In this document: piece by piece, positions 57,501-59,090 of the stretch
Layout of the letters: each line of letters begins with the position of its first letter
How positions within the stretch are numbered: the stretch's first letter is position 1
Notes under the pieces: model-generated
Seen by the model: the letters and a program-made list of their open reading frames with translations, nothing else
Told to the model about the DNA's origin: nothing
Database searches by the model: none
Origin: Myxococcota bacterium
GTDB taxonomy: Bacteria > Myxococcota_A > UBA796 > SXON01
Direction: 5' to 3'
Length of the DNA stretch: 59,090 bases
Assembly (NCBI GenBank): GCA_040386535.1
Contig: JAZKFH010000038.1
Span: 1 to 59,090, forward strand
Position numbers and translations under genes: made by a program

Positions 57501-58073
57501 CGCGCCGAGTTCGAGGCCGCCATGGCCGCCGCGCGCGCGCTCGGCGTCATGTCCGAGCTCGCCGTGCCCGCGTGGCAGCTCGCGCGCCTCGACATCGAGG
57601 AGGGCGATCTCGACAGCGCCCTCGTCAACCTCGACACCGCCGCCGCCGCCGCCCGCCTCGGCGATCCCGAACATTACGGCCCCGCCATCGAGGTCCTGCG
57701 CGCCCAGGTGCACGCCTGCACCGACGCCGCCGAGGCCGCCCGCGCGCTCCTCGTGCGCACGGAGGCCCGCCTCGGCCAGCTCCCGATGTTGCGCCGCGCA
57801 CAGGTCCTGCTCGACCTCGCCGAGTGCTGGCGCCTCCTCTTCGAGCCGGGCCTCGCGCTCACCCGCGCCCGCGACGCCGCCCAGCTCTGCGCTGTCCGTG
57901 GCTTCCGCCTCTACCACCTCGACGCGCTCCTGCTGCTCGAGCGGCTGATCGACGATCCCTTCGAGCGCGACCGCGTCCGCGCCGACCTCGGGCACCTCGC
58001 CCATGAGCTGGCGAACACCATGCCGTTCGCGTGGCAGGGCACGTTCCTGCGTCGGCTGGGGTTGGGGCACTGA
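54594..58073 (+). CDS. Hanks Ser/Thr kinase + AAA/STAND-like ATPase + TPR, paralog 3
   Basis: GKGGMA, ALK, HRDLKPSN, DFG, SPE; Walker A GAEGTGKS, Walker B VDDLH, EGNP; GTG start inferred. Confidence 0.9.
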   Translation: MSSGIDSEDDSTLEIGGLRVSPGDRIGNFVYRRLVGKGGMAHVLLASDPDGRPVALKVLKSTRVGTGYQRFLREFKALSRLRHPNVIRVDALGSLHGHPYIAMEYVEGHDLHHAIHTFRTLGAEERWRRCEEVLVDLCRALAYIHRRGLIHRDLKPSNVLLDHDRHCKLTDFGIVKDLDPDADSAISTTLVGTWAYSSPEQIQGQPIDHRSDLYSLGVILFAMLTGRRPFVARDLAGYLELHRTHVAPGPREVDPTVPVHLDEICRKLLRKQPRDRFRSAQEILYRLEQLDADDSLLELAPWEPALVGRATEEETLRGRAAALTRGQGGAILLEGAEGTGKSRLLDVVANQADLMGIPVHRVRAGERDGPFSVVLRLAASVGAQLASKAATRLQEAVTAYAEEGDGRGQARERLYEALADAIAGVLEEGPQVVLVDDLHNAQLPTLDALAWMVRRFAEGHALLFVGSYRPDRVGARLAKLRDGSNGSAPPDIMRLGALPRSAVDDLVNALFGPGRVAQVVGDRLYRESEGNPLFLVGYVQNLMAHGVIVRSTGGWRITADVDEIATGHIEIPPAVRQVVRARLDGVDERERSLLETLAVNGREIEVDVLLDVLDLDDEGGSDRVDALEAHGVVRQRRVGQQVFVDFAHTKYGDVVYRELDPERRADAHRRIAAALELRYQHAPAAAEVVGEHYRRAGEAGKAFHYLTAAARRARDRSQHAEAWDLAARAQGVDDAARVDLPPREYAGVKHMLLQVRADVLFHRSEWALARDVLEHARELFGTGPDEAAELRTRIHYGRVLRVMGELDRAEAEVRGCLGRAREQHDRDAVAEGLLVLAGIAWGRGELDACEGYAQEGLVLATGPSMTGARAHLLLALTAVQASRGQLASAAAGLQDAQNLLRDLGMRPARSLALSNLAEVVLGQGDPASAWEYSSDALQEAEEVGHRLGESAAHGVRGLAAMRVGVFEEARAEFEAAMAAARALGVMSELAVPAWQLARLDIEEGDLDSALVNLDTAAAAARLGDPEHYGPAIEVLRAQVHACTDAAEAARALLVRTEARLGQLPMLRRAQVLLDLAECWRLLFEPGLALTRARDAAQLCAVRGFRLYHLDALLLLERLIDDPFERDRVRADLGHLAHELANTMPFAWQGTFLRRLGLGH

Positions 58074-58117
58074 CGCCCGACCGCTGACCCGCCGCTTGCC
58101 GGGCGATAGAGGGCGCC

Positions 58118-58822
58118 ATGGTCTTCGACCCTCCCGCCCGCGATCCCGGCCCCGCCGATCCCGACCCCGCCGACCCCGCCGTCCCCGACCCCGCCACGCT
58201 GCGCGCCAATCGATTCGTCGACTCCGACCACCCCGACGTGATCGCGTTCGCGCAGGCGCACGCGGGGGGGCTGCCGCCGCGTGAGGCCGCCGTGGCGCTG
58301 TTCTACGTGGTGCGGGAGCGACTGCGGTACAACCCCTGGCGGGTGCGCTACGACGTGGTCGACTACACGGCGAGCAGCGTCGTCTCGCGTGATCCGTCGG
58401 AAGGTGGCCACTGCATCGACAAGGCCTTGCTCCTCGCGGCCGCGGCGCGCGCCGTGGGCATCCCGAGTCGCCTGCACTTCGCGACGGTCCGCAACCACAT
58501 CGGCACGGCGAAGCTCGAGGAGAAGCTGGGCACCGACCTGCTCGTCTACCACGGCTACACCGAGCTGTGGCTGGACGGGCGATGGGTGGCAGCCACGCCG
58601 GCGTTCAACCGGGACCTGTGCGTGAAGCTCGGGGTCGAACCCCTGGAGTTCGACGGCGTGCACGACGCGATCTTCCAGGCACACGACCGGGTCGCCGGGC
58701 GCTTCATGGAGTACGTCGAGGACCACGGGAGCCACGTCGACATCCCGCTCGACGCGATGCTCGCGGCGTGGAAGCTGCACTATGGCCGCTACGCCGGCGA
58801 AGGGAGCTGGCCGACGCCGTAG
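58118..58822 (+). CDS. Transglutaminase-like domain protein
   Basis: DSDHP, GHCIDKA (Cys), YHGYTE (His) and WVAATPAFN motifs. Confidence 0.88.
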   Translation: MVFDPPARDPGPADPDPADPAVPDPATLRANRFVDSDHPDVIAFAQAHAGGLPPREAAVALFYVVRERLRYNPWRVRYDVVDYTASSVVSRDPSEGGHCIDKALLLAAAARAVGIPSRLHFATVRNHIGTAKLEEKLGTDLLVYHGYTELWLDGRWVAATPAFNRDLCVKLGVEPLEFDGVHDAIFQAHDRVAGRFMEYVEDHGSHVDIPLDAMLAAWKLHYGRYAGEGSWPTP

Positions 58823-58948
58823 CGACCGCGCTCGCCCGACCCCGGCCGAGGCCCTCGGGAAAGGATGGCAGCCAAGTGCTCCGGACCGTGCCTCGGAGGG
58901 GGAGATCGGGGAGCTCCCCGTAAACGGGAGATCCGCGTCAACCCGAAC

Positions 58949-59090
58949 TCCGCGCTGCGGGCTTCCGCGCTGCGGGCGTCCGCGCGCTGCGGGCTTCCGC
59001 GCAGCGGGGCTTCCGCGCGCTGCGGGCTTCCGCGCAGCGGGGCTTCCGCGCAGCGGGGCTTCCGCGCAGCGGGGCTTCCGCGCAGCGGGG
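58949..59090. repeat. Tandem repeat, 15-17-bp unit, running to the window end
   Basis: cttccgcgc(a/t)gcggg(g) repeated about 9 times. Confidence 0.95.

Noticed and set aside
47493..58070. Long minus-strand ORFs (1241, 1117, 524 and 608 aa)
   Set aside because: Antisense shadows of the kinase genes, expected with high GC3; no recognisable motifs.
58949..59090. Telomere-like terminal repeat
   Set aside because: More simply a tandem repeat at which the assembly or window ends; nothing indicates a linear replicon.

Overview
Very GC-rich (roughly 70-75% by eye) bacterial chromosomal segment, probably from a Myxococcota-like organism. This is inferred from a MYXO-CTERM-like tail, AgmX/PglI-type domains, Asp/Thr-rich lipoproteins and large Hanks kinases. 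Core genes: psd, topB, topA, xerC, serS followed by tRNA-Ser(TGA), tRNA-Ser(GCT) and tRNA-Arg(ACG), an RsmB-type methyltransferase and a NifU-like protein, among many secreted or lipoprotein hypotheticals. Most notable observations: (1) a dispersed family of seven ~115-160 bp GC-rich multi-hairpin elements with a conserved linker and compensatory stem changes, six of which start 2-51 bp after a stop codon in a fixed orientation; (2) three tandem paralogous kinase-ATPase-TPR genes opposite a PP2C phosphatase; (3) a recurrent leaderless-type TA motif 11-13 nt before start codons, together with very short signal peptides; (4) a secreted ExbD-ExbD-TonB-C fusion; (5) a 192-bp MITE and several REP/REPIN-like repeat islands. 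No CRISPR array, prophage or intact transposase is evident. All family calls come from motifs recognised by eye; no searches were run.
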